64,000 bases of DNA from Malacoraja senta. Its lineage: Eukaryota. The DNA lies in NCBI GenBank assembly GCA_038087875.1, contig CM075991.1, positions 8,372,001 to 8,436,000 on the forward strand, in the 5' to 3' direction. The notes beneath the pieces are model-generated. The model saw only the letters and a list, made by a program, of their open reading frames with translations. It made no database searches and was not told the DNA's origin. The position numbers and the translations under genes are program-made. Shown in pieces: positions 1-13,125 of the stretch (position 1 is the first letter of the stretch; each line of letters starts with the position of its first letter).

Positions 1-336
1 AAGTGCTGGAGAAACTCAGCGGGTGCAGCAGCAGTCTATGGAGCGAAGGAAATAGGCAAACGTTTCGGGCCGAAACCCTTCATCCAGACTGGTGATATTA
101 TTTTGTAGTTTGGAGTTGAAGATCAGTCTGAAGAAGGGTCTCGACCTGAAACGTCGCCCATTCTTTCTCTCCAGAGATGCTGCCTGCCTCACCCGCTGAG
201 TTACTCCAGCATTTTGAGTCTACCTTCAATAATATTTTGGAGTTGCAAGCTATTTTTCTGAAGGCATTGTGAGGAGTATTCTAACATGTATGCACCTCGT
301 TTTCTCTGTATCATCCACAATCCTCATCATTTGGAG

Positions 337-697
337 GGGAGGATGCTCCTCAAACTGCGGAGCATCCTGGACAATACAGCTCACCCCCTCCATGACACAC
401 TGGTCAACCTTAGGAGCACCTTCAGCAACAGACTGGTTCCACCAAGATGCAGCACAGAACGCCACAGGAGATCCTTCTTCCTGTGGCTATCAAACTGTAC
501 AACTCCTCCCCCTTCTGTCGTGGGGTAGACTGAGACTGACTCCCTGCCTCCTCCCCCCCTCCCCCCAATCTTTGCACATCCCCAATCCTTTCCACTCGTC
601 ACTTTAATTTCATGTTTCGTGTATTTGTGTTTTTATGACCGTTGGCAGATCAATTCCCCTCCTGGGATAAAATAAAGTTCTATCACATCGTATCGTA
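337..697 (+). mobile_element. Rex1/Babar-type LINE 3' fragment
   Basis: GRMLLKLRSILDNTAHPLH...RCSTERHRRSFF; short (TCGTA)n tail; reverse copy at about 47858-48275. Confidence 0.75.
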
Positions 698-2427
698 TTA
701 CTCTACACTCCTCTACCTTTTCAACCCACTTCTGGTTTAAAAAGCTGCAGGTGTCTGAAGAAGGGTCCTAACCCAAATCGTCACCTCTCCGTTCTTTCCT
801 CGAGAAGCTGCCTGACCCGCCGAGTTCCTCCAGCATGTTGTGTTGTTGCTCGGGGAATTCCAGCGCCTGCAGTTCCTTGCGTCTCCTGATCTTTATCACT
901 TCCTCTTGTGGCCTCCGGACCTCTGCGTTCACGTGGGTCCCTGTGCCTGGTGAGTCTAAGGAATGGTCAGCTGGAACGGTGGGCTGTGTGGGCTGTGAAC
1001 AGTCATAAGAGACTGTGGGGGGGGAGGTTATGGAGGGGAAAAGTAACACTTCTGCAAAGCTGATAACCAACATGTGAGAAATGTGAGCCTTGTGATACCC
1101 GCACTAATCAAGGGAAAGCTAGTGCTGGTATCAGGGGTTATTGGGGGGGGGGGGGGGGGGAGGCAGGAGAATGGGGTTGAAAGGGAAAGTGATCGAATGG
1201 CAGAATAGACTTGATGGGGCCGAATGGCCTAATTCTGCTCCTATCACTTCTGAACTTAAATATCTGGACAAGCACATGAAATAGACGGCTGTGGATCAAG
1301 TGCTAGGAAATGGGATCCGTCTGGAAAACTACTTGACAGCTGGCACGGATAGCCTGGGCCAAGGGCACTTCTTCTGCACTGTGTGGCCCTCTTGTCGGGA
1401 CGGCGGTAGAGTTGCTGCCTTACCGGCGCCAGAGACCCGGGTTCAATCCCGACGTTTCTGCCTGGGACCACGTGGGTTTCCACCAGTTCCTCCCACATCG
1501 CAAACAAATTTAAGAATAAGGGGTAGGCCATTTAGGACTGAGATGAGGGAGAAACGTTTTCACCCAGAGAGTTGTGAATCTGTGGAATTCTCTGCCACAG
1601 AAGGCAGTGAGGCCAATTCACTGGATGTTTTCATGAGAGAGTTAGATGGAGCTCCTAGGGCTAACGGAATCAAGGGATGTGGGGAGAAAGCAGGAACGGG
1701 GTACTGATTTTGGATGATCAGCCGTGATCATATTGAATGGCAGGGCTGGCGCTAAGGGCTGAATGGCCTTCTCCTGCACCAATGTTTCTGGTTTAAAAAT
1801 GTGCGCGTTTGTGGGTTAATTGCCCTCAGCAAATTGTCCTTAAGCTGTTGGTTGTGGATGAGAAAGTGGGATAACATAGAACTAGTGTGAACGGGTGATT
1901 GATGGTCAGCACGGACTGGGTGGGCCGAAGGGCCTGTTACCCATGCTGTATGTTTAAATTAAACTAAAACTTTAAACCTGCCACGTTCTGACGGATATCA
2001 ATCCACCAGCCAATTCTGGAGAGTGCATTACTCATTGATCCAAAGCTGTAAGAAATTAGCCTCTTCAAAATGGTGCCCTCCAGCTCACTTTGGTGCTAAG
2101 CGGCACTTCTTCCAGTTTAGTGTTGTGCGTGTGGTGTTTATGACGCAGTTTCATCCACACTGGAGAAAATTAACACAGCCAGGGACCTGCTCTGCAGATC
2201 ATCTCCTTCCAGTCTGCAAGAATGACCTTGAGCTTTCAGCTACCTGTCACTTCAGCTCTCATCCCATTTTAACCTCATGTTGACCTTCAATTGAAAGACC
2301 ATTTCCCTCTCCAGAAACTTAGGTTTCTTACTGCCATATTTTAGTTTAGTTTAGCTTGGAGACGCAGCGCGGAAACAGGCCCTTCGGCCCACTGGGTCCG
2401 CGCCGACCAGCGATCCCCGCACATTAA

Positions 2428-2725
2428 AGGGCCCGTCCCACTGTACGAGGTAATTCAAGAGCTCTCCCAAGTTATAAAAAAATCAAACTCATGGTAAGTA
2501 CGTAGAATGTATGTAGCAGCTACATCGGAGCTCGTAGATGTCTCGTAGCGGCTCGTACCGCTAACAGCAGGTATTCGGAAAACTCGTGACGTTTTTTCAG
2601 CACTGTGAAAAATGTCCACGAGAGCCCTGAGTACCTACGAACGGCTATTACCGTAATTCTCCGAGTTCGAATCAGAAGAAACTCGGGAGAGTTCTTGAAT
2701 TACCTCGTACAGTGGGACAGCCCCT
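2428..2725. mobile_element. Non-autonomous DNA transposon (MITE, PIF/Harbinger-like) inside a SINE
   Basis: About 45-bp TIRs (AGGGCCCGTCCCACTGTACGAGGTAATTCAAGA.../...TCTTGAATTACCTCGTACAGTGGGACAGCCCCT) flanked by TAA/TTA. Confidence 0.8.
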
Positions 2726-3156
2726 TTACACTACCCTGCACGTTTGGGACAATTTTTACGTTTGTACCAAAGCCAATTAACCTAGATACCTGTACGTCCT
2801 TGGAGTGTGGGAGGAAACCGAAGATCTCAGAGAAAACCCACGCAGGTCACGGGGAGAACGTGCAAACTCCGTACAGACAGCACCCGTAGTCAGGTAGCAA
2901 TAAAGGTAGATTAGTGATGTTCTTGGCATCATATTTGGCACAGACATCGTGGGCCGAAGGTAGACAAAAATGCTGGAGAAACTCAGCGGGTGCAGCAGCA
3001 TCTATGGAGCGAAGGAAATAGGCAACGTTTCGGGCCCGAAACCCTTCTTGGCCTGTTCTTGTGCTGTACTCCTCTATGTTCTATCTTCTATGAATGGAGC
3101 AAGTAATTGGGGCCTTGCGCTATACGCCTGCCCCTGCTTTCTTGTTTTTATTCCAG

Positions 3157-3212
3157 ATTTCCATGATCTGCGTGGATTTTTTGAATTACAATCGCTGGAT
3201 CCAGTCGATTAA
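3157..3212 (+). CDS. Candidate terminal coding exon of unknown gene, copy A: (x)FHDLRGFFELQSLDPVD*
   Basis: Pyrimidine tract plus ccag| acceptor; ungapped paralog at 23954-24009 with a stop at the same position; reading frame not established. Confidence 0.3.
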
Positions 3213-3470
3213 TTCACCAGTGACCAGCAGCCAAGCATAAGACTGAAGATAGACACAGACAGCTGGAGTAACTCAGCGGGACAGGCAGCATCTCCGGAGA
3301 GAGGGAATGGGTGACATTTTAAAGAAGGGTCTCGATCTGAATCGTCTATCTTCAGTTTAAACCAGCATCCGCAGTTCCTATCCTAAACATAAGACTCATA
3401 CGTCTCACTCCCATATTGGGAAGTGACTGACTGGGCTGGTGATGGAGTAAATACATGCAGAAAACCATTC

Positions 3471-3841
3471 TTTTTTTTTTTTTTTTGAAAATATTTTTTA
3501 TTGGAGATAAGTACACAACCTATTTACATCATTACAGTCTTACATTTTTAAATTGATAATATTGTCAATTATTATTACATTGTCTCCAATACCTTTTGCC
3601 TTTTTTTTTTTTTTATAAACTAAATAGAACTAAAGAGATAGATGAAGTAAAGAAAGAAAAGAAAGAGAAGAAAAACAAAAACAAAACAAAACAAAAAAAA
3701 AACAACAAAAAAAATAAAAAATAAAAATAAAAATAAATAAAAAAGATAGTTAAAGAAGAATGGAAAAATTTATTAAAATAAAAAACTTCATTCGAGATAT
3801 ATTCGTACATTTCTAAGTATAGCATTTCATCCATTCTTTAG
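3471..3841 (-). mobile_element. L1-like 3' UTR fragment with poly(A) tail
   Basis: T-run and tttatt on the plus strand, AT-rich body, CCATTC on both flanks; absent from the paralogous segment at 24.1 kb. Confidence 0.55.
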
Positions 3842-6561
3842 CCATTCATAAATGCTCTTTTGAAATTCAATACTAAAAGTTATTTGATATCATTTGTGCA
3901 TAATGTCCTCTTTCAGTATCTTTATCATGTTCGTGAAGTGCCTGAATTCATCACTTCCTAGGACAACCAGAAGCCAAAATCATATGGATGAAATGAAGCA
4001 GCATTGGAAGTGACGACATGTATTTCAGTGCTGGTGCCGTTAATGAGCTAAAGCACTCCAAGGCAATTTGTGGGAGCAATTATCAAACAAAATTTGACAT
4101 CAAGGTTTTCCAGCCGAAGCAAAATTGATGGATCAAAGAGAGCATTTCTTGAAGGAGACTGAGGCATAGAGCTGTACAGCATGGAAACCAGGCCCTTCAG
4201 CCCATCCTGTCCATGCCGACCAAGGAGGCACGTTGAGCTCGTCCCATTTGCCTGGGGATTTTGCCCATAGCTCTCTAAACTCTTCCCAGTTTAGTTTTGT
4301 TTAGAGTTACAGCATGAAAAGAGGCCCTTCGGCCCGCCGGGTCCGTACCGACCAACGATCCCCGCGCATTAACACTATTCTGCACACACTTGTAGTATAA
4401 GGAGCAGAACGGCCAGGTTTTGCAACAGCTTCTTCCCCCGAGCCATCAGACTCTTGAATTCCATACAATGTGCCGCCACTATTATCTATTTGATCTTTTT
4501 ATCCATTTTTATCTTTTTATCTATTTTATCCTTTGTTATTTTAGGTTGCACGGGGAGCCAGATGCAACGAAATTTTGTTCAGACTTGCATTTATTGTTGT
4601 ATTTCTGAATGGCAATAAAGGCTTTGATTTTTGTTTGTTTGTTTTTTGACTTGGGACAATTTACATTTATACGTCTTTGGGGTGTGGGAGGAAATCGAAA
4701 ATCTCGGAGGAAATCCAAGCAGGTCACGGGGAGAACGTACAAACTCCGTACAGGCAGCACCTGCAGGTCGGGATTGTAAGGAATCAACTCTACCACTGTG
4801 CTGCCCTAGGTGACAGAGTCACAGAGCTGTACAGCATGGAAACAGGCCCTTCAGCCCATCCTGTCCATGATGACCAAGTAGGCAGGTTGAGCTAGTCCCA
4901 TTTGCCTGGAAATGTGCCCATAACTCTCTACATCGTTCTTATTCACATATCTATCTAAATGTTTTTAAAAAGTCATAATTGCATCCACTTCTATACCTTC
5001 TCCGGCAGCTCATTCCAGATATGGACAATCCTCCGAGTGGAAAAGTTGCCCTGAGATCCTTCATAAATATCTTTCTTCTCAACTCACTGGGCAGCCACGG
5101 TGGCGTTGCAGCAGAGATGCTGCCATACAGTGCCAGAGACCCAGGTTCGATCCTGACTACGGGTGCTGTCTGTAAGGAGTTAGTACGTTCTCCCCGTGAT
5201 CGCGTGAGTTTTCTCCGGGTGCTCCGGTTTCCTCCCACACACTAACACTATCCTACACACATTGCCACGGAAGGCTGTGGAGGCCGAGTCAGTGGATATT
5301 TCTAAGGCAGCGATAGATAGATTCTTTATCTAAGAGGGAGTTAGATGTGGCCCTTGTGGCTAAAGGGATCAGGGGGTATGGAGAGAAGGCAGGGATGGGA
5401 TACTGAGTTGGATGATCAGCCATGATCATATCGAATGGTGGTGCAGGCTCGAAGGGCCGAATGGCCTACTCCTGCACCTATTTTCTATGTTTTCTATGTT
5501 TCTATTAGTACGGGTGTCAGGGGTTATGGGGAGAAGGCAGGAGAATGGGGTTAGGAGGGAGAGATAGATCAGGCATGAGTGAATGGCGGAGTAGATTTGA
5601 TGGGCCGAATGGCCTAATTCTGCTCCGATGAACTTATGTACATGAACTCTCGTCAGTCACTCATGCCAACAAAATGTACTATTCAGTTTCACAAGCTTGG
5701 CTGGCTTCCTGCATAGATCAACACACAAGCAAATCCACCCTCCCTGCACTTGGCACGGGGGCCAGGTGACTAAAAGGGCAACTCATTGACATGTTTAAAA
5801 CGGAGGATGGTACATACAACGGAGATGAATCTCGTGATCGAGGCTGAGCATAATCTCACGTGGACACAAGGTTTATCATGACAAGGAGAATAAATAAAGG
5901 ACCAAATAAAGTCTGAAGAAGAATCTCGACCTAAAACGTCACCCATTCCTTCTCTCCAGAGATGCTGCCCATCCCACTGAGTTACTCCGGCATTTTGTGT
6001 GTATCTTCAGAGTAAACCAACATGTGCATTTCCTTCCTACACGTTGTATGTTCGTTGAGTTGCCCCTGTGCAGGTCAAGACTAACACACTAAATATTTAA
6101 GACACAGTCGCACATCTTACAACAGATTACACAGATGAAAGACTTAATGTGCTAGTGATTGTCTCCTTTGAACCATTGGGAATCTCCGCACTGAAGACGT
6201 TGGCTTCATTCTACACATTCCGTTTATGTCTTCCTAACCACTGCACACTAACTTATATTTCTCGAGACACTAGCAATTACAGATGCTGGATTCTGCAGTA
6301 AAACACAAGTACTGGAGTAACTCAGCGGGTCAAGCAGCATCTGTGGAGGGAATGGATAGGCGACATTTTGAGTCGGAGCCTAGGATCTCTCTCAAAAAGG
6401 GTCCTGACCAAAAACATCGGCGATCCATAACCTTCACAGATGCTGCCTGACCTGCCGAGCTACTCCAGCACTTTGCGTTTAACTCATATTTTCCTCTTGC
6501 CCAGGTGAAGGGGGCGTAACTCTGATGAAGAGGGCGTAACTCCAAAACATTAACTGTTCCT

Positions 6562-6870
6562 GATGTTGGGGGAGTCCAGAACCAGGGGCCACAGTTTGAG
6601 AATAAGGAGTAGGCCATTTAGAACGGAGACGAGGAAACACTTTTTCTCACAGAGAGTTGTGAGTCTGTGGAATTCTCTGCCTCAGAGGGCGGTGGAGGCA
6701 GGTTCTCTGGATGCTTTCAAGAGAGAGCTAGATAGGGTTCTTAAAGAAAGCGGAGTTAGGGGATATGGGGAGAAGGCAGGAACGGGGTACTGATTGGGGA
6801 TGATCAGCCATGATCACATTGAATGGTGGTGCTGGCTCGAAAGGCCGAATGGCCTACTCCTGCATCTATT
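6562..6870 (+). mobile_element. CR1-type LINE 3' fragment
   Basis: TRGHSLRI...FFSQRVVSLWNSLPQRAVEAGSLDAFKRELD; similar fragments at about 1507, 5265, 9992, 22300, 35405(-), 52865. Confidence 0.85.
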
Positions 6871-7485
6871 GTCCTCTCTCCACAGATGCTGCCTGACTTA
6901 CTGAGATTTTCCAACATTTTCTGTTTTTGTTTTAAGTTTGATGAATGTTTTTTTTTAAATTATCCAGAGAGTTGCGAGGTTGGGGAAAACCATCACCAAA
7001 GTTACTGATGAAGTTGAAACCACTTCAGTGTTTAGTTTACTTTAGAGATACAGCACAGAAACAAGCCCTTCGGCCCACCGAGTCCGCACTGACCAATGAT
7101 GCCCGCACACTAACATTATCCTACACCCACTAGGGACAATTTACAATTGTTACCAAACCTACAAACCTGTACGTCTTTGGCGTGCGGGAGGAAACAGGAG
7201 CCCCACTGTGAAAAACCCATGCAGTCACATGGGGAGAACGTGCAAACTCCGTACAGACAGCACTTATAGTCAAGAGCGAATCTGGGTCTCTGGCGCTATG
7301 TAAGGCAGCAACTCTACTGCTGCACCACCGTGCTGCCCAATGATGAAAAGGAACAAAGGAATGTGGAAACAGAAGAACCATGTAGAAGTTTCCTGACGGA
7401 TCATGGTGGTTCTGAGTGCGTTTCTTTAATTTATGCACAATCTGGCCTGCCAGCAAACCAGAGAGAAGCTGTTATCACTTGCTTT

Positions 7486-7504
7486 TACTGCCCCCTGGTG
7501 CTCA
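7486..7504 (-). promoter_or_regulatory. Putative CTCF-binding motif
   Basis: Minus strand TGAGCACCAGGGGGCAGTA matches the CTCF core CACCAGGGGGC. Confidence 0.4.
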
Positions 7505-7539
7505 GGACTAATAGCGCAACTGGGCATGAAGGATACAAC

Positions 7540-7950
7540 AGGTACACAAAAATGCTGGAGAAACTCAGCGGGTGCAGCAGCATCTATGGAGCGAAGGAAA
7601 TAGGCAACGTTTCGGGCCAAAACCCTTTTTCAGACTGATAGGGGGTGGGGAGAAGAAAGGAAAAAAGGAAAAAGGCGGAGGAGGAGCCCGAGGGCTGGGG
7701 GAGGGGAGGAGACAACCAGAGGGCTGATGAAGGGGAGGGGACAGCAAGGGCTAGCAGAATTAGGAGAATTCAATGTTCAAGCCCCCAGGATGCAGACTGC
7801 CCAAGCAGAATATGAGGTGCATTTCCTCCAATTTACGGTGTTGCTCGCTGTGGCCATGGAGGAGACCCAGGACAGAGAGGTCAGATACGGAATGGGAGGG
7901 GGAGTTGAAGTGCTGAGCCACCGGGAGTTCAGGTTGGTTATTGCGGACCG
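7540..7950 (-). mobile_element. Penelope-like element 3' fragment (GIY-YIG endonuclease C-terminus plus pLTR)
   Basis: PVAQHFNSPSHSVSDLSVLGLLHGHSEQHRKLEEMHLIFCLGSLHPGGLNIEFS*, continuing into CTGAAAAAGGGTTTTGGCCCGAAACGTTG. Confidence 0.8.
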
Positions 7951-7993
7951 ATACAATGGTTGACTTCAAGCTTTAAACGTGACAGTTTCCACG

Positions 7994-8498
7994 AGGGTTG
8001 CCAACGTTCTCACTCCCAAATACGGGACAAAAGGTCAAAATACGGGACAAATTCCCGACGGCAATTCGTTGACCGACTCGGCTGTGGCTGGGTGAATGAT
8101 GAGTTGTCCCGGGTGCTGGACTGCACGCAAAGCCCAGCCGGCGGGGCCAGCTGAGGGGTTTTGGCCCGGGTCACGCGCAAAGTCCGGCACCCCGTCCAAC
8201 TCACGAACCGATGAACGGCCATGAGAAGGTGGTGGTGGTGGTGTCGGCGGTCAGCGAAGGTCCGAAGGCTGCCGACCGACGGGGCCACGGGCGGGGTGCT
8301 GCTGCTGCTGCTGCACTCCATGGGCTGCACTACGTCGGGACGGGTGAGGCGGGGCCGGACGCGGCGCTTCCGACCCGACATTACCCTCGACCCGAGTAGT
8401 AGCAGTCAAATACGGGACAAGGGCGGTCCCGTATGGGGCAAACCAATTTAGCCCAATATACGGGATGTCCCGGCTAATACGGGACAGTTGGCAACCCT
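7994..8498. mobile_element. Non-autonomous DNA transposon, hAT-like, GC-rich
   Basis: TIR AGGGTTGCCAAC...GTTGGCAACCCT; repeated subterminal AATACGGGAC motifs at both ends; no direct TSD seen. Confidence 0.7.
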
Positions 8499-10719
8499 AG
8501 TGGAGACATATGTTCAACTTGGTCAAACCGCCCAAGGCGGTGGATTATCAAACAAGGAGGGCTGGGATCACTTTGTGCAAATAGCTAAAGTAAGTGGGCA
8601 ATGCGGGTGAAGCATCCATTCTCTCCTCTACTCCTCCACCCACCCTCTACAAGAGGAGCTGATTCCGTCAATCATACCTTTATTCTTCATCTTGGTGCAG
8701 CGGTAGAGTTGCTGCCTTACAGCACCAGAGACACGGGTTCGATCCTAACTACAGGTGATGTCTGTATGGAGTTTGTACATTCTCTGAGTGACCACGTGGG
8801 TTTTCTCCGGGTGCTCCAGTTCCCTGCCACACTCCAAATACGTGCAGGTTTGTGGGTTAATGTACTTACTTACTGCCTATTATGCCTCCTGGCATGTAGG
8901 GCAGCAACGAAGGTCCTCCACTCAGTAGTGTTGATTCCTTCAGTTGCTGTTTCCGTAACATATTTGTTTTACGAGACAGGGTTGTTAGCCCTGTGCTCAA
9001 CCTCCAACCTGGAGGACCAGTGGATCGCTCTTCGTCTCGCCTCTACCCTTCGACCTGTCCAGCATGGGAGACCCTAACAGGAGACGAATCTCCCGCTGGC
9101 ATAGCTCTAGGGGTCACTGAGACACACAAGCTCCCTGACCACGACAAGGTTGCAATCCAACGGGGAGGTAGGCTAATTTGGCATCTGTCAAAATTGTAAA
9201 TTGCGCGTCGGGTAGTGCTGGTGCACCTGGATCGCTGGAAGGCGTGGACTCGATGGGCTGAAGGGCCTGTTTCTGCACTGTATTTGTAAGCTAAACTAAA
9301 CTGTCACCAACGCTGCTAATCTGTCGGCTGCACAGGCAAAATGAGAAGGGATTTCTGAAGTGATGTAATATTTGCAGAGGGATGCACTTCAAAGGACAAA
9401 ATGGGGTTGAATGGACTTGAATGTCATGAAAGGCTACAGTTTAATATTTGTAGAGATACAGTACACCTAGTTTTGCAGCTGCCAGCCACTGCTCACAATG
9501 GAAGCAAGTTTCTCACCAGTAGATGCTGGATAGTATATTACAGCTAAACGCTCAATACCATGGTTTACACTGTTTCATAGAAACAGCACCAAAAAAGCAG
9601 GCCCTTTGGCCCAAGCCAACCAAGATGCCCATTCTACACGGACCCCATAGCCCACATTTGACCCATATCTCTCTAAACCTTTTCTACCCACGTATCGATC
9701 CAAATGTCTTTGTTTCATGATAAAGGCTGTTAGGATGACCAAAAGTCACCGTCGACTGAATTAATCCCTTCTGTCATCGTGCCACCAATTGCTTTTCTAT
9801 GTCCTTGTGATAGCTGGATGTTAATAGGTACAAGGATATGTCTCCGCAAGATAAATCACTCCGAGCGCATCTGCCATCACCATCTATCACAAAACTGCCG
9901 ACAAATACATTCAAATATTAATAACACCACGTACTTCATAGTGGAGGAAGGAACTGCAGATGCTGGTTTACATCAGAGACAGACACAAAATGTCTGTGGA
10001 ATTCTCTGCCTCAGAGGGCGGTGGAGGCAGGTTCTCTGGATGCTTTCAAGAGAGAATGGGGTATGGGGAGAAGGCAGGAACGGGGTACTGATTGGGGATG
10101 ATCAGCCATGATCACATTGAATGGTGGTGCTGGCTCGAAGGGCCGAATGGCCTACTCCTGCACCTATTGTCTATTGTCTATTGTAAAATGCTGGAGTAAC
10201 TCAGCGGATCAGGCAGCACATCTGGAGAAAAGGAAAAGATGACGTTTCCGGTCGATACCCTTCTTCAAACTGAAGACTGCCGTCTGAAGGAGGGTCACGA
10301 CCCGAAACGTCGCCTATTCCTTCTCTCCAGTGATGTTGCCTGATCCGCATGTACTTAATAATACCCGATTATACGACCGTCACCTCACACATCAATAGGG
10401 CAAAATGGAGACTAAATGAGACTTTGGTTTGAGGAGATTTGGGTGCAGTTAACCAAGTCAGCCTTTACTGACTACGCCTCATTGTCCACGAACTGAGGGG
10501 TGAAGGGTCATTTCAAACCCATAAAATATTTAAACGCCAACCACATTGCTGTAGATTTGTAAAAAGTCACACATACACCAGATGACAATGACAACAGAAT
10601 ATTTGTGAACCAGATGGGATTTTAATGACAAACTGTGGCTTCGTGGTCAACATTGATACCAGCTTTTGATTGTAGATTTAATTAAATTCCCCAGCTACCA
10701 TTCTCTGTCTAGGGATCTG

Positions 10720-11190
10720 GATTAACAACCTTCTAACCACTTGACGAAATCTATGCTTGTGCCCGTCTTTTTGAAATGCCAACCCCCACATACTTTTCCT
10801 CCTCCACGACTTGTGCGTGAGACAAAAGCACACCAAGTGGAAGGCAACCTCATCTCCATTACACAGCTACATCTCTTCACCAGATAAAAGCTGTCCACGG
10901 TCTGACCTCCCCAGAGGAGCATGGGTGAAGCTGAACAGACTTGGTGCTGGAGTTGGGCGTTTCAATGCCAGCGTGTGGAGATGGGGGCTCTGCCAGAGCC
11001 CAGCCTGTGAATGCGGAGCAGAACAACAGACAGCCAACCATGTCATCTCTGGGTGCCCGCTCTACCACCCACCAAATGGAGCTCTGTCAGGGCCTGGCAG
11101 ACATTGACGCAGAGACAACAACCTGGCTGCTCAACACCCGGCTTGAGATCTAACTATTCTTTTGGATTATGTTTCATTCGCAAGAAGAAG
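10720..11190 (+). mobile_element. RTE-X-like LINE 3' fragment
   Basis: WVKLNRLGAGVGRF...WGLCQSPACECGAEQQTANHVISGCP (CCHC finger); (AAG)n tail. Confidence 0.7.
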
Positions 11191-11237
11191 ACGTGTGCAT
11201 TCAGTGGAGCAGAGTTACATTTGGTCTGAAGTGACAG

Positions 11238-11525
11238 TTTAGACTTTAGAGATTGCAGAAACAGGCCCTTCGGCCCACCGAGTCCACACCGACCAGCGAT
11301 CAACCCGCATGCTAACCTACAGATACTAGGGACAATTTTACAACTTACCAAGGCCAATTAACCTACAACACTGTACGTCTTTGGAGTGTGGGAGGAAACC
11401 AGAGCGCCCGGAGGAAACCCACGCGGTCACGGGGAGAATGTACAAACTCCGTACAGACAGCACCTGTAGTCAGGATTGAACCCGGGCCTCTGGCGCTGTA
11501 AGGTGGCAACTCTTCTGCTGCGCCA
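11238..11525 (-). mobile_element. tRNA-derived SINE (V-SINE/HE1-like), representative copy
   Basis: tRNA-like head with B box (GGTTCRATCC), central GGTTTCCTCCCACACTCCAAAGAC domain, CR1-type tail GGGCCGAAGGGCCTGTTTC; many copies across the window. Confidence 0.8.
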
Positions 11526-12703
11526 ATGATGTTGAGCATGTTCAACTTTTTACAAGGTTTTGAGAATATCCTCATATGGGTTCAGAAGACGCTGGAAGCA
11601 CTTTATAGCTGCGCCACTGTGCCGCCATTGTCCTCATCCAAGCTCCAAAAACGTCAACACTTATTTGTGTCGCTACAAATAAGTCTAGCCAAGTTTAAGA
11701 TGAAGACTGTTGCATTTCTGTGGCATATTAAGCAGTTATGGAGTAGCATTAATAACACCCTCATTGTTTTGTGATCAGACAATGGACAGAGGTAGTAGGT
11801 TTAGTTTAGTTTAGAGATACAGCGCAGAAACATGCCCGTCGGCTCACCAAGACTGCGCCGACCAGCGATCCGCGCATATTAACACTATCCTACACACACC
11901 AGGGACAATTTACATTTATACCAAGGCAATTCACTTACAAACCTGTACGTCTTTGGAGTGTGGGAGGAAACCAAAGATCTCGGAGAAAACCCACGCAGGT
12001 CACGGGGAGAACGTGCAAACTCTGTACAGACAGCACCCGTAGTTGGGTCGCTGGCGCTGTAAGGCAGCAACTCTACCGCTGCGCCACCGCTGTGCCGTCC
12101 CTTACGAAGGTTACAAGGGAGGAGAGGCCCGACAATGCACAGGGAACAAATACAATATGTGCATGCAGTCACGTGGTACAACTCAAAGCCTTTCTGCTTC
12201 CAAAACATGTTTCCAGAAATATAACCCATGACACAGAGACCGTCTAGTGATATTCCACAAATATATCAGTGACTCGGAGGAGGAGAATGAAGAGGCACCA
12301 ACAACAAAAATAAACCAAGGCAGACGACAACAGGATATTCAACGCCTCACTGAGGTTTTATGCCAATTTTTCCAAAGTAACACATTTGGAAAAAATCCAT
12401 TGCATTCTTAAATCTTTACGTATTTTTATGCTTTCTGCATAAGTCTTTTTAAGTGAACTTTTAAATACAATTTTAGGTGAATTAAGTGTACTGCCCAGGT
12501 GAAGTCTGCTGTACGATTTTACCGGTTTGTACGCAAAACAAAGCATCTCACTGTACCCAGGTACATGTGATGGTAAAGTATCATTGAATTGAATTGAATT
12601 AAGTTAAACAATGATTTAACTCCTTTGATTAGACATGTGGATTCGGTAGGCCGAAGGGCCTGTTTCCACTCTGTATCTCTAGCCTCAAGTAAAAACTAAA
12701 CAC

Positions 12704-13125
12704 TTCCATTGACTCCATTTATACCTCACAGTATCTCGGCAAAACCAGCAACGTAATCAAGGACGAGTCGCACCCTGGCCACTCGCTCTTCTCCCCTGTC
12801 CACTGACAAAAGGTATAGAAGTGTGAAAACCCACACCTCCAGATTCAGGGAGTTTCTTCCTAGCCGTTATCAGGCAACTGAACCACCCTACCAACAACTC
12901 AAGATCAGTCCTGCAGTACTATCTACCTCATTGGAGACCCTCGGACTATCTTTGATCGGACTTTACTGGCTATACCTTACACTAAACATTGCCTTGATCA
13001 CATATCTGTACACTGTGGACGGCTCGATTGTAATCATGTATTGTCTTTCCGTTGACTGGTTCGCATGCAAAAAAAACTTTTCACTGTACCTCGGTACACG
13101 GGACAATAAACTAAACTCAAACTCA
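12704..13125 (+). mobile_element. Rex1-like LINE 3' fragment
   Basis: HPGHSLFSP...KTHTSRFR motif; shared 3' UTR 'ttttcactgtacctcggtacac...caataaactaaac'; related copies at about 13770-14050 (+) and 20480-21100 (-). Confidence 0.65.
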
